A DNA stretch of 64,000 nucleotides from contig OX597818.1 of NCBI GenBank assembly GCA_951406725.2, forward strand, positions 94,922,001 through 94,986,000, read 5' to 3'. The position numbers and the translations under genes are program-made. This stretch comes from Octopus vulgaris. Taxonomy: Eukaryota. Shown here piece by piece: positions 48,422-62,406 of this stretch. The notes beneath the pieces were generated by a model. The model saw only the letters and a list, made by a program, of their open reading frames with translations, did no database searches and was not told the DNA's origin. Within the stretch, counting starts at the first letter, position 1. Each line of letters opens with the position of its first letter.

Positions 48422-51400
48422 TATATATATATATACATATTTAACAGGCTTCTTTCAATTTCCATCTTCCAAATCCACTCATAAGGCTTTGGTCAGTCTG
48501 AGGCTATAGTAGAAGACACTTGCCCAAGGTGCCATGCAGTGGGACTGAACCCAGAGCCATGTGGTTCATAAGCAAGCTACTTACCACACAGCCACCCCTA
48601 CGCCTACTTCTGTCCAAAATAATAATGTTTTTCTCTTGTTTTTTTTTGTTACCTCATATGTGCTGTTTTGAACTTATTGAAGATCATATAATTATATCAC
48701 TCCAATGTTTCCTTAATTTCTTTTAGATTATTTTAACAGTTGCTTTCATCATCATCATTTTAACTTCCCATTTTCTATGCTCACATGGATCAAAGAGAAA
48801 TTGTTGAGACAAATTTTTTTTATGACTGGCTGCCCTTCCTGTTGCCAATCTTCATCTGTTTCCAAGGAAGGTGATATTTCCTCATGGCAAACATGTCTTC
48901 ATGGAAAATTGGAAAGGAAGGCCACTGCTTGCATGACAGTGGCACTTATTTATAGCTATCACATGATTTCAAGACATGAAGACACTAACATACATCCACA
49001 GACACACATTGAAACTAAGTGCATCCCTCTGGCTCATTGAACTGTCCATCTTGTTCCAGCATAGAAAAAGGAGCGCTAAATGATGATGATAACAATGACA
49101 CACACACACACACTTTCTGTTCTGAAGTTGATTTAACAATTTAATTTTCATTTCTATAGTTCCATATCAGTCCTTGATTGAACGTTATAAACTCTATTAT
49201 ACCTTCTCCAGACAATCAATTAAATATTGGAAATAGCTAGCTAAATCAAATTTTTTTCATTAAAAATTACCAAAAATAAAAAAAACAAGAAAAAAATAAA
49301 ATATTTTTGAATTTTGCATTTTTAACCAGATGAGTTGATAGTGATGGGAATCACCTATTTCTAGCATATTCAGCAGCTACAGAGAGTTCCCTCTATGGGT
49401 GACTATAAAAGAGGCAAGCAAGGTTGTCTTAATCAGAGCACAGCAGTAGCTGTTCCTCTCTATTTCTTGTGGAATGCATGAATCCTAGCAGAATGCTAAG
49501 TACTTTAATGTTATTCATATGAGCGTATTGTTTTAGTTGTTTTTCTCTTTCATCTTGCTTATAATAGCTATGAAATTAGTCTATGAAGCTGTAGTACATT
49601 AGTTATAATTAGAACAGTTATTACTAATAGTTAGAATCAGCACCCTGATTGTTATTATTTTTGTAGTCATTAGTGGGTATAAAAAATGGTGGCTATAGTA
49701 GTTATTGGTTGCTATAATAGCTATTAGTAGCTATGATAGTACTGATGAGCTTAATGTTATAGTAATCATTGATGCAGGCATAGCTGTATGGTAAGAAGTT
49801 TGCTTCCAAACTACAAGGTTCCAGGTTCAGTCTCATTGCACAACACCTTGAGCAAGTGTCTTCTTACAATAGTCTCAGGCCAACCAAAGTCTTGTGAGTG
49901 GATTTGGTAGATGGAAACTGAAAAAAAAAAAATATATATATATATCATCATCATCATCATCGTTTAATGTCCGCTTTCTATACTAGCATGGGTTGGACGA
50001 TTTGACTGAGGTCTGGCGAACCAGATAGCTGCACCAGACTTCAATATGATCTGACAGAGTTTCTACAACTGGATGCCCTTCCTAACACCAACCACTAGGA
50101 AGGGCATCCAGCTGTAGAAACTATATATATATATGTTTGTATGACTATGGGAATGAGTTTGTTGCCCCACCACCACTACTTGACAACTGATGTTGGTGTG
50201 TTTACATCCCCCGTAACTTAGTGGTTCAGCAAAAGAGAGCAAGAGAATAAGTACCAGGCTTAAAAAAAGATAGGCTCTGAGGTTGATTTAGTTGACTAAA
50301 AATTCTTCATAGCAGTGCCTCAGCATGGCTGTAGTCTGGTGACTGAAACCAGTAAAAGATTGGTTGGTATAATAGTAACTAGTGACTAAGATAGTTAGCA
50401 TTGGTACCTATAACAATTGTTATTGTTTGTTATAATAGTTATTGTTAGCCTATGCTAGTTATTAATGGCTATGATAATTAGTATCGGTAGGTTTAATGTT
50501 GTTGTAGTTGTTTAGTTTAATGTCACCATTGAGCACACCTATGATTAAAGGCATTCCATCCATGGCCATCCTATATTAATCTTAAATGTGGAGAATGTAG
50601 GACGGCATCATCTGACATGTCCATTTTTTTGAAAGGAGACAGGGTGTGATTTGAAGGAGATTTGACTGCAATTTTAAAAGAGTCAAGCAACCAGTTAGAA
50701 GCTTTCTTTGCGTATTTGTTAGTAAAAGTGACTATAATAATAGTTTCAATAGTTTAAAATAGGCATGGGTAACCATTTTCGAGAAGTGGGCTACATGAGA
50801 CATAGCTCATAATCAAGCAAGCCCCACTACTAAAAGAATTTAAATTAATTTTTCATTAGGCATGACATTCAGAGAGCCCTGCAAGCTGCAGTTTGCACAT
50901 GGCTGGTTTAGAATATAGAAGTTACAGACGACTATAATACTAATGATACTAGTCAATATCTATAAACTTGAAAGGCGAAAAAGTTGTTTGATTTCTTGGT
51001 TATTTGTCTCATTTTGGGATGGGAACAGTTTAAGGGGCGGTAGATGGGGTCAGATTGGCGCTAAAATTTACACTGGAGGGTAAAATGGGGTGGGCAATGG
51101 TGTGAGGAGGGTTGCAAGTCACTCGGGGCTACCGTTTGGTTGCCATGGTGAGGAATATGGGAAATGTAAAGAAGACGAACAAAAGAAGAAAGGGAAAAAG
51201 AGACAACACGCACAAAACAACACCACCACCAAAACCTGAGTGAAGCGCAGGTCAAAATAGCTAGTCACTACTATAAAATACAATATATTGCAAGAATTCA
51301 AACTAGTTTATATTTTCCAGTTTGCTCTTCCTCCCTTCTGTTAGTCATAGTGGTTCTGGGAAAAGTGCTTGGATGTAGCCCACACCATTTTCAACTGAAC

Positions 51401-52804
51401 CACAAAAAATATAAAAAATTAAAAACAGGAAATTCTGAACATAGGTGCAAGCATGGCTGTGTGGTTAATAAGATCGCTTTGGAGCCACATGGCCCCTTGG
51501 GCAAGTGTCTTCTATTATAGCCCTGGGCTGACCATTGCCTTTATGAATGAAATTTGTTGAAATTGTGGGAACTGTGTAGAAAGGCAGCGAACTGGCAGAA
51601 ACGTTAACATGATGGGCGAAATGCTTGACACTATTTTGTCTGTGTGAGCGTTCTGGGTTCAAATTCCGCCGAGGTTGACTTTGCCTTTCATCCTTTCAGG
51701 GTTGATAAATTAAGTACCAGTTACGCACAAGGGTTGATGTAATCGACTTAATCCCATTGTCTGTCCTTGTTTGTCCCCTCTATGTTTAGCCCCTTGTGGG
51801 CAATACAGAAATAGGAAACTGTGTAGAATCCTGTTATATGTGTGTGTGGTGTGTGGTGTGTGTGTGTGGTGTATATGTGTGTGTAGTGTATATGTGTGTG
51901 GTGTATATGTGTGTGTGGTGTATATGTGTGTGCATGTATGTGTATATGTGTGTGTGTGTGCATGTATGTGTGTGTGAGTGTGTGTGTGGTGCATGCGTGT
52001 ATTTGTGCTTGTGGTTGGGCCCCATCTGTTATCACTGACAACCAGGCTGGTTATGTTGGTTTGTTTATGTCCCTGTGCCTTAGTGGCAAAAGGGACTGAT
52101 GGAATAAGTATCAGACTTTAAGTATCTGACTTTTATCTTTTACTTGTTTCAGTCATTAGACTGCAGCCATGCTGGAGCACTGCCTTGAAGAATTTATGGT
52201 CGAATGTATCAAGCTTAGGACTTTTTTTGAAGCTCAGTAATTATTCTATCAATCTCTTTTGCTGAATTGCTAAGTTACAGTGACATAAATACACCCACAC
52301 CAGTTGTCAAACAGTGATGGTTGGGAGTGGGGACAAACACAGACACAAAGACAGACATACACTCATAGATATATACATATATCTATACAATGGGCTTCTT
52401 TCAGTTTCCATCTACTAAATCCAATCACAAGGCTTTGGTCGGCCCGAATCTATAGTAGAAGACACGTGCATAAGGTGCCTTACAGTGGGACTGAACCCAG
52501 AACCATGTGGTTGGGAAGCAAGCTTGTTACCACACAGCCATGCCTGTGCCTATACATTGCATACTGAGAGAAAAATGTCCTTTTGTCTTTGTTAACAGTA
52601 TGCTTAATTAATGTAAGCTCAAACCCTTTGTATTTTTTCTAATTATATAACAGTATAACAGAGAAGCAGTATATCATGTTATGTTATTTATGGTAGTATT
52701 TGTATGTACATTCTTATTCCTAATTCTACAATGGATCGAAAGGTATGTTACAGGAGAGCATAAGAAGTGGGTGTTAGATGGTAGCATTAAAGGGTGGGTG
52801 TGTA

Positions 52805-52863
<59 letters not shown>

Positions 52864-53083
52864 CTCTTTTTTTTTTACTCTTTTTACTTGTTTCAGTTAT
52901 TTGACTGTGGCCATGCTGGAGCACCGCATTTAGTCGAGCAAATCGACCCCAAGACTTATTCTTTGTAAGTTTAGCACCTATTCTATCGGTTTCTTTTGCC
53001 GAGCCGCTAGGTTATGGGGAGGTAAACACACCAGCATCGGTTGTCAAGCGATGTTGGGGGGACAAACACAGACACACAAACAT

Positions 53084-53118
<35 letters not shown>

Positions 53119-53294
53119 CACATATACATATATATATATAAGCTTCATTGAGTTTCCGTCTACCAAATCCACTTACAAGGCTTTGGTCGGCCCGAGGCTA
53201 TAGCAGAAGACACTTGCCCAAGGTGCCACACAGTGGGAATGAACCTGGAATCATGTAGTTTGTAAGCAAGCTACTTACCACACAGCCACTCCTA

Positions 53295-53336
<42 letters not shown>

Positions 53337-53339
<3 letters not shown>

Positions 53340-56300
53340 TCATCATCATCATTTAACATCCACTTTCCATGCTGACATGGGTTGGAAGATTTGACTGAGG
53401 ACTGGCAAGCTAGGGGGCTGCACCAGGTTCCAATCTGATCTGGCAAGGTTTCTACAGATGGATGCCCTTCCTAGTGCCAACCACTCCAAGAGTATAGTGG
53501 GTGCTCTTTATGTGCCACCAGCACAAGGGCCAGTCAGGCAGCATTGGCATTAGCCATGCTGAAATGCTGCTTTTTATGTGCCACCAGTCTGGGAGCCAGT
53601 CTGGTGACATTGGCATGGACCACGCTTGAATGGTGCTTTTTACATGTCACCAGTATAGGTGCCAGTCAAGTGGCACTGGCATTGGCCATGACTACGCTTT
53701 CACTTGACTCAACATGTCTTCTCAAGCACTGCATATTGCCCGATAATTGAAGGATACTTTTAAATGGGCCAGTTATGCGACACTGGCATCGGCCATGGCT
53801 ACGATCTCATTTGGCTTGTCAAGTCCTCTCAAGCACAGCATATCTCCAAAGGTCTCAGTCGCTTGTCATTGCCTTTGTGAGGCTCAATGTTCAGAGGTCA
53901 TGCTTCACCACTTCATTCCATGTCTTCTTGAGTCTACCTCTTCCACAATTTTCCGGATCTTTTCTTTTTGATGGACGGAATCTAACTAAATAATTTGTAA
54001 CTTCGTATACTGGTAGAATGTGTCAAAAGAAAACATTATTGTAAACAAAATTGAAAACAAAATTGTAATTTGTAAGTTTAACGTAGTTTAATTCTTCGAA
54101 TTTTAACCAATGAAATCCCAGCATTTGAGCTGAAATCATTTGTTGCGTCTAAAAACTCACACACACACGTCTTATTCATCCTTCTCTCTTCTGTCTTCTG
54201 TTTTCTTTCTTCTGCATGTGCTAGAAATAACAGCTATATCTCTTAAATTGATGAATTTCGTCGCCCAATAAAAATATTAACGATATTTTTTAAAATATTT
54301 TCTTTATTTTTTTTTACCGAAAAGACTTCTCCCATGGTTTTGAAGGGCCAGAAACAACAAAAACAAAACAATAATATGCCTAAATCGGTCTAGAGTGGGA
54401 TATGAGGGTGCGCGTGGAGTGTGTGTCGTATTGTAAAAATTTGCAAAATATTTTTTCATAAAAGGATGCCCCAGCTTGTCGGAGGCTGTGATATAAATTG
54501 GGAAAAAAATCCTCGACACCAGTGCGTAATTGGTACTTAATTTATCGACCCCGAAACGATGAAACATTGACCCTGCCCCCTTCTGGTTTATTTACCTTTT
54601 GTGTAAATTTGTTGCGGCAAGGGGCAAAACACAGAGGGGACGCAAACTCACGAACGTGTATGTATGCTTGTGTGCGTATGTGTGTGTATGTATATCTCCG
54701 TTTGTATGTGTGTGTACGCTTATATATTAATTACTATGTGCTTGTGCAAATGTATATGCATGTGTTTCAGAGAAAGAGAGATAGTGACAGAGAGTGTGTG
54801 TGTGTGTGTGCAAGTGTACGTGTGTATGTATCTGAATATATGTGTGTGTGTGCGTCTGCTATGTTTCTTTATCAATATCGATAACGCAGCAAATGATTTC
54901 AGCTCAAATGCTAGGATTTCATTGGTTAGAATTCGAAGATGCTGGGATTTCATTGGTTAAAATTCGAAGAATTAAACTACGCTAAACTTACAAATTACAA
55001 TTTTGTTTTCAATTTTGTTTACAATAATGTTTTCTTTTGACACATTCTACCAGTATACGAAGTTTCAAATTGTTTAGTTAACTAGAAAATTCCGTCCATC
55101 AAAAAGAAAAGATCCAATTTTCCTCCACTGTTAGGGTGTGACACTTCTTCACACAGCTATCCACATCCATTCTCACCACATGACCATACCAGCACAGCCG
55201 TCTCTCTTGCACACCACATCTGATGCTTCTTATGTCCAACTTTTCTCTCAGGGAGTTTACACTCTGTCGTCTATGCACACTGACATTACACATCTAGTGG
55301 AGAATATGAGATTCATTTCTTTCAGCCCATGTTCCACTGCCTTCTAGCATAGCTGTTCGTAAACATGCATCATACAGTCTACCTTTCACTCTGAGCAAGA
55401 GTCCCTTTGCTACCAGCAGAGGTAGGAGCTCTCTCAACTATGCCCAGGCTATTCTTATTCTAGCAGCTACACTCTCAGAGCATCCACCCCCACTACTGGC
55501 TTTATCACCTAGGTAACGGAAGCTATTAGCTACTTCTAGCTTTTCCCCCTGGTATATGATGGAATCTGTTTTCTGTACATCTTCAGCATTTATTGCCTGT
55601 GCATCTGCCACAAAAACTATCTTCCCTGTTAATCTTCCTGTGATATTGTTGCACCTCTTATGTGTCCATAGCTTACAGCGGGTACATCTTATGTAGTTTC
55701 TACCTACGCCTTTTCTACAGGTCAAGCAGGGTCATCTACCTGAAAGGATTTGTGATTTATCTGCTTTCCTTCTTGCTAAGACTTTGGTTTTCGCTAGATT
55801 GACTCTAAGGCCCTTCAATTCTAGACCTTGCTTCCACACCTGAAACTTCTTCTTTAGTTCTGGTAGTGACTCAGCTATTAGAGCAAAGTCATCAGCATAG
55901 AAGAGCTCCCGGGGACATCCTGTCTTGAATTCCTCTATTAATGCCTGAAGGACTATGATAAATAAGGAAGGGGGCTGAGGACTGATCATTAGTGAACCCC
56001 TACTTCTACCTGGAATTCTTCACTACACTCATTGCCAACCCTCACCTTACTGACAGTATCCCTGCACATGGCTTGTACAGCTCACACCAAACACTCATCT
56101 AATCCAAGTTTCCACATTGACCACCAGATAAGGGATCAAGGGACTCTGTCAAAGGCTTTCTCCATGTCAACAAAAGCCATGTACAGAGGTTTATCTTTGG
56201 CTAAGAATTTCTCCTGCAGCTGTCTTACCAGAAATAAAGCATCAGTGGTGCTTCTCCCTAGCACAAACCTAAACTGCATCTCATCTAAACTAACTCTCTT

Positions 56301-57520
56301 CCTAATTAGTTGGGCTATGACCCACTCCATGACTTTCATCACCTGATCCAACAATTTGATACCTCTGTAATTATTCTTATCTAATGCATCACCTTTACCT
56401 TTGTAGCAGTTGACTATGGTGCTGCTACACCAGTCATTTGGTATGACTCCTTCGTGTATCACCTGGTTGACTATACAGGTGACTAGACTATAGCCTACAC
56501 CACAAGATATTTTAAGCATCTCAGCAGTGATTCCTGATGGGCTAGAGGCTTTCCCTGTCTTCAGACCCTTAATTGCTTTATCTACCAAGGTACTTTCAAT
56601 TCGAATAGCTGGTCCCTCTGTTGGGCTGACATTTGGCAGAATCTCTTTCTCCCATTCATTCTCTTCATTTAGCAACCTTTCATAGTGGTGTCTACAAGTC
56701 TCTCTCTTTGCAGCGTCATTAAATGTGAGTGAGCCTTCATCCTTGAAGACACATTTCTCTCCTATGACATCACAATTCTCTCTCACACACTGTCTTGCAA
56801 TACAAAAACACTTCAAGTCTCTGGTCCTCATGGTGCAGAACATTGGCAAATTTTTCTTATCTGCTTCCCCTCTGGTTAAGTAAACCTTTCTCTTAGCTTC
56901 ACTTCTGGTGATCTGATACACTTCCCTGCTACCACCATACTTCCAGTCCTGCCATGCCTATTCCTTTTCCCTAATGGCCCTGTCAACTACATTGTTCTTA
57001 GGTTGAGAGAGACTTTGCACTATCCACAGATCTGGTCAGTAGCCCTCAATAGGTTGTCCCATAGGAACCTCCAGTTGTCCTCCACATTGTGGTGCTATAT
57101 CCTCCTCTTTTTCATCAAAAGCTTCAAGTAATACATCTCTAAATCTCTGTCCATTCAGAGGATCCTTAAGCTTCCAGACCCTTCTTTTCCACACTGGCCA
57201 CCCATTTAGCCCCGATTCTGAAGTTGCTAACAACTAACCTATGTTGTGGGGTGCATTTTTCACTTAGGAAAGTTTTGGCATTTAGAATTAGCTATCTTTC
57301 TTGTTTTCTGACAAGAATGTAGTCAATCTGGCCAGTGTATCCACCAGACTGGTAGGTGAACAGGCGACTGGCAGGTTTCCTGAAGTTAGCATTACAGATC
57401 ATAAGATCATTTGCATCACAGAACTCCAGCAGCTTTGTTCCATCCTCATTGCAGGAATCAAATCTGTGACCACCATGTACACCATGGAAGCTCCCTGGAT
57501 GTTGTCCAACATGATATTTA
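53337..57520 (-). mobile_element. Large decayed RTE LINE (part of the APE endonuclease, RT, 3'UTR), interrupted by a TIR element
   Basis: APE motifs TYQSGGYTGQIDYIL (57292-57594); RT motifs YKGKGDALDKNNYRGIKLL and AFVDMEKAFDRV (56136-56921), LFYADD (55732-55989); RRLCWYGHV (55099-55293); (ATC)n tail at ~53337. Confidence 0.93.
53955..55115. mobile_element. Non-autonomous DNA transposon with ~200-bp TIRs and an 8-bp TSD (Merlin/Mutator-like)
   Basis: GGATCTTTTCTTTTTGATGGACGGAA ... TTCCGTCCATCAAAAAGAAAAGATCC; TSD AATTTTCC at 53947-53954 and 55116-55123; removing it rejoins the RTE sequence. Confidence 0.9.
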
Positions 57521-57616
57521 CTGATTGTTAAGTAAATACGTGTCATAGTCATACAGTTTTTAAATCTTATGCTCCAACACCTTTTCAGAATCATTTCATG
57601 CTATGGTATGGTGTAA

Positions 57617-58035
57617 TGTTTTGTTTGTTTGTTTGTTTGTTTGTTTGTATGTATGTATGTATGTATGCATGTATGTATGTATGTATGTATTTATGTATGT
57701 ATGTATGTATGTATGTATGTATGTATGTATGTATGTATGTATGTATGTATGTATGTATGTATGTATGTATGTATGTATGTATGTATGTATGTATGTATGT
57801 ATGTATGTTCGTTCATTCGTTCGTTCCTTTCTTTCTTTCTTTGTTCATCATTTTTTCTTAATTTTAGAGCAAATTTTGACCAGCCACCTACTTGGTAGCA
57901 AGGTTCTGAAGGAAAGCATCATTTAACCATCATCTTTTCCAATCTTAAGGTCTTGCAACATTTTATAGCCCCAGATATTGTGATCATTTGTAGCATATGA
58001 ATTACAGATTTGCAAGGTCTGTCTGTCTGTCTGTC

Positions 58036-58067
<32 letters not shown>

Positions 58068-58245
58068 TGTATGTATGTATGTATGTATGTATGTATGTAT
58101 GTATGTGTGTATGTGTGTATGTATGTGTGTATGTATGTATGTATGTGTGTGTGTGTATGTATGTATGTATGTTATGTATGCATGCATATATTTATGTATG
58201 CATGCATATATGTATGCATGCATGCATATATGTATGTATGCATGC
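57617..58245. repeat. (TTTG)n/(TATG)n tetranucleotide microsatellites
   Basis: Long TATG tracts at ~57647-57808 and ~58038-58245. Confidence 0.95.
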
Positions 58246-58549
58246 TTTTTCTTTGAGTTTTATTGAAGTTCTTCTGAAGAGAGTTCAAGCTGGTCACCAA
58301 CAAAGTTAAGAGAGTTCCCTGTATTTGTAAATATGTAGTTGAGTTAGTGTGTTGGTTGAACTGTTGATGCACACACCCAAGTGTACACATGTATTTATCT
58401 AAAGAATCTCGGATGAAGAATCTTTGGAATGTCTTACAAATCTTCACTATGCCACTAATAGATTGGATTTGAAGAATGCATGTCAGTATGTTCATACATA
58501 CATATGTGCGCACACACACACACATACACACATGCACACACATACATAT

Positions 58550-58611
<62 letters not shown>

Positions 58612-59091
58612 ATGTATGAATGTTGCTGTCCTTGTTAATCACCTCTAAATCACATTTATTTTGGCTCCTATAAACAGAGTTATTTCAACTGAAATGCATG
58701 CTGCTTAACAAAAGAGAATGGTTCCTAGATTGTATTACCCTACAGATGTTTAAAGTGAACATCAATCAGCACCAATTACACCAGTTGTAGAAGGACTACA
58801 GTAATCATAGTCACTGCCTCTACTTCTCTGACTATCATAGTATATATATGTATTATAGTTTTACAGTTTCCATCATATTTATATTCCATCATATTTTCAC
58901 ATTCATTTCATGATAAATATTTACTTCCTTGTATACATATATGTGTGTGTATGTGTGTTTGAGTGTTTGAGAAGTCTGCTTCCCAACCACATGGCTTCAC
59001 AATCAGTTGAACTGTAAATGTCTTCTGTTTTAATGCCAGACAAACCAAAATCTTGTAGATGAATTTTGCTGATGAAAATTAAAAGCTCTTC

Positions 59092-59126
<35 letters not shown>

Positions 59127-59919
59127 GCACGCGTGTGTGTGTGTGTGTGTATGTATATATGTATATATGTATATAAATTAGAAAAAAAACACCTTTTATC
59201 AATTCAACAATGAAATAATTAAATTATATCATATAGAAAAAAAAATTAAATATAAGATAAAAACATATACCAATGATTAAGTAATGTACAAAATAATAAA
59301 TAAAAAGTATATCTGCATGGTGTAATTTAATTATTTCTTTGTTGAATTGATAAAAAGTGGTTTCTTTTCTAATTTATATACATATATTATATTTTGTGAA
59401 ATTTGATTTAGTATTAATAAATTGAATTTTCCCTGTAAGTTTGGAATAATATTTCCTAATATCATTATTATTGTTATTATATATATATATTCTGTGTATG
59501 TGTGTGTGTGTAAGCATGCTGCTGTCACATAAAAAGCACCCATACATTTCAAGTGTCACAACCTATCATTTGTTGCTCTTCATTCTACAGGTTTGCTTTT
59601 GGACTGCAACCTTTAATTGCTGACAAGTTCTCCTATTGCAATTATAGTTGTTGTTTTTGATAGGTATAAATTCCATCAAGGTCACCTTTGCCTTTCATTC
59701 TTTTAGAGTCAATGAAATAAGTACCAACTGAGTACTCTGGTTGATATAATTGACTAGAAGCCCCTTCCCCATAATTTCATGCCTTGTTCCTATAGTAGAA
59801 AGGATTCTCTTAATAGGCTGAAACCACAGCTCTGTTTCTGTTGATCAGCCAAGAAATTGGCCAGAAATTCAGTTAGGAAAGTTGAAGAGAGGAAAATTAA
59901 TAGAGAACAGTATTATCAT

Positions 59920-61030
59920 ATCAGAAAAAGAGATAAAAGAATTAGACCAAACTCAGAATTATAAACACTTATAAATTAATAAATTAGATAGAATATAATA
60001 CGCACAAATGAAACAAAAGTTCAGGAAGGAATATTAATGAGGTATTAATTCTGAGCTAAATGCCAAAAATAAGGTAATAGATATTGATATTCTTGCTGTT
60101 CCAGTAATAAGTTATAGGTATAATATTCTCAAATGGACACTAACTGAATTAGTATGTCTACATAGAAAAATGTGGAAAATAATTTGAATACACCACCCAA
60201 TATCTGACATAGAAATATTCAGCTTCCTGTGAATATTAAGAAGCAAGAGTCTTATGCTACTAGAAAACTATTGTGCAATATCTAGTCTAAATCTTCAAAA
60301 GTATAGAAACTAATAGAAATAGCTACAAAATACGAAGTTAACTTTGACCTTCATCATTTTGCGACAAATAAATAAAATGACAGTCTAAGGATAGTAGAGT
60401 TACAGAATCATTAGAACCTAAGAATGAATGACTTGTGGTATTTGTTCCTGGAAATCTATACCTTAACCACAAGTATTGTCAGGTTTTAAGCTCACACATA
60501 CTAGAAACTATGTTATTATGATTAATTAACCATAGCAAAGTATATGGCCTTGTGATTCAGGTATTGCGCTCACTGTTATAAGATTGTGGTTTCAGTTCCT
60601 GGATCAGGTGGTGTGTAGTGTTCTTGAGCAATACACTTCATTCCTTGTTGCCCCAGTCAGCTTAGCTGTGAAAGAGTTCCAGCAATAGCTGAGAAGCTAA
60701 CCCTGTGGTGGACTTGTGATTAGGAATGGGTCGGGGTTGTGGTCTCAGTCAGTTATATGCCTTGGAAAGCAGGTTAAGCTCATGATTTGAGTCCTAGGGT
60801 TCATGACAAACATAAACCCTAGTCACAGCAAAAATCATTAGTTAACCATTACAAACCATACAAACCACACATTCCACAAAAGGTTTCAGAGAATGATAAA
60901 ATGACCAAGCTCTGGAAAATGCCAGCTCATTCAGATCAGGTGTTTAAGGAAAATTGCCCAGTTATTAATTGTCAAAGATTATGAAGTAGAAAAATATCTC
61001 TTAACTGATGTATCAATTCAAGTGGATGAC
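59920..61030 (+). mobile_element. Very decayed R4/Dong-like non-LTR fragments
   Basis: LNAKNKVIDIDILAVPVISYRYNILKW and HHPISDIE near 60055-60215 resemble the R4/Dong post-RT region; interrupted by a SINE at ~60545-60800. Confidence 0.55.
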
Positions 61031-61077
61031 AATAAATTTATTCCAGCTCACCACCTTAATAATAACAACAATAATAA

Positions 61078-61747
61078 TGGTTTCAAATTTTGGCACAAGG
61101 CCAGCAATGGTGGTGGTGGTGGGGGCAGTGTAAGTTGATTAGATTGACACTAGTGCTCAAATGGTAGTGATTTTATTGACCCTGAAAGGATGAAAGGCAA
61201 AGTCAACTTTGGCAGAATTCGAACTCAGGATGCATGGATGAACAAAAGGGCCACTAAGCATTTTGCCTTACATGCAAACAATTCTGTCAGCTCACTGCCT
61301 TACACTAATAACAGTAATAACCCTTTGTACTATAGACACATGGCTTGAAATTACATCAAGCCCACTGCTCAACAGGTACTGATTTTATTGACCCTGAAAG
61401 GATGAAAGGCAAAGTCAACTTCAGCAGAATTTGAACTCAGAACGTGAAGACAGATGAAATATCGCTAAGCATTTCACCTGGCATGCTGACAATTCTGCCA
61501 GCTCACTAACTTGATGATAATAATAATAATAGTCCTTTCTACTATGGGCACAAGGCCTGGATTTTGTGGTGAGGAGGATAATCGATCACATCAACCCCAG
61601 TGTTCAACTGGTACTTAATTTATCTACCCCAAAAGAATGAAAGGCAAAATTGACCTCAGCAGAATTTGGACTCAGAACATAGCGACAGACAAAATACTGC
61701 TAAGCATTTCGCCCAGCATGCCAATGATTCTGCCAGCTTGCCACCTT
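61078..61747 (-). mobile_element. Three tandem Nin-type SINE copies separated by (TAA)n
   Basis: Repeated GACCCTGAAAGGATGAAAGGCAAAGTCAAC...GAACTCAG...CTGCCAGCTC cores at ~61180, ~61390 and ~61630. Confidence 0.8.
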
Positions 61748-61760
61748 CATGATGATGATG

Positions 61761-61815
<55 letters not shown>

Positions 61816-61837
61816 TGATGATGATGATGATGATGAT

Positions 61838-62406
61838 GACGGAATATAAGAGACACCACAACAATATAGCCAGGCTTGTCCATTGGACACTTTGCAACAA
61901 GTATGGACTTGACAGAGCAAAAAATTGGTATGACCACAAACCTGAAGGCATCGTCAAAAATAGAAAGGAAAGATCTTATGGGATTTTATGATTTAGTGCA
62001 TCCATGAGATAGAGAATAGGAAGCCAGACATTGAGAAAGAAAACAAACTATGCTGGATCATAGATATAGCATGCCCAGCTGACAACAAGGTATGCAATAA
62101 GGAAAAAAAAAAGTCACGAGATATGACAGGTTAGCTTGGGAAGTTAAGCAGCTGTGGTGGATGAAAAAGGTAGCAGTAATAACAATAATTGTCAGAGCCC
62201 TGGGAACAGTGAGCAAAAATCTTGAGAAGTACGTGGAACAAATAGGGGCTGCAATAAGGGTGGAGCACTTGCAGAAAACAGCACTGCTTGGAACCATTCG
62301 AATACTCCGAAAGGTGCTTGAAAAATAAGATATGCTACATTAGTTCACTGGTAGTGAACAGCTGACACTGTAGTACATCTCCAGTGTTAGAAGCTGTGCA
62401 AAGGCA
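61838..62406 (+). mobile_element. 5'-truncated R4/Dong-clade retrotransposon (restriction-like endonuclease domain) in a (TAA)n/(GAT)n tract
   Basis: EYKRHHNNIARLVHWTLC..WYDHKPEG / ILWDF..NRKPDI / IIDIACPAD / LQKTALLGTIRILRKVL*; the 3' end runs into AATAATAATAAT. Confidence 0.88.

Noticed and set aside
49015-49090. Exon-like minus-strand block (MLEQDGQFNEPEG)
   Set aside because: Begins at (CAT)n and resembles a decayed RTE tail.
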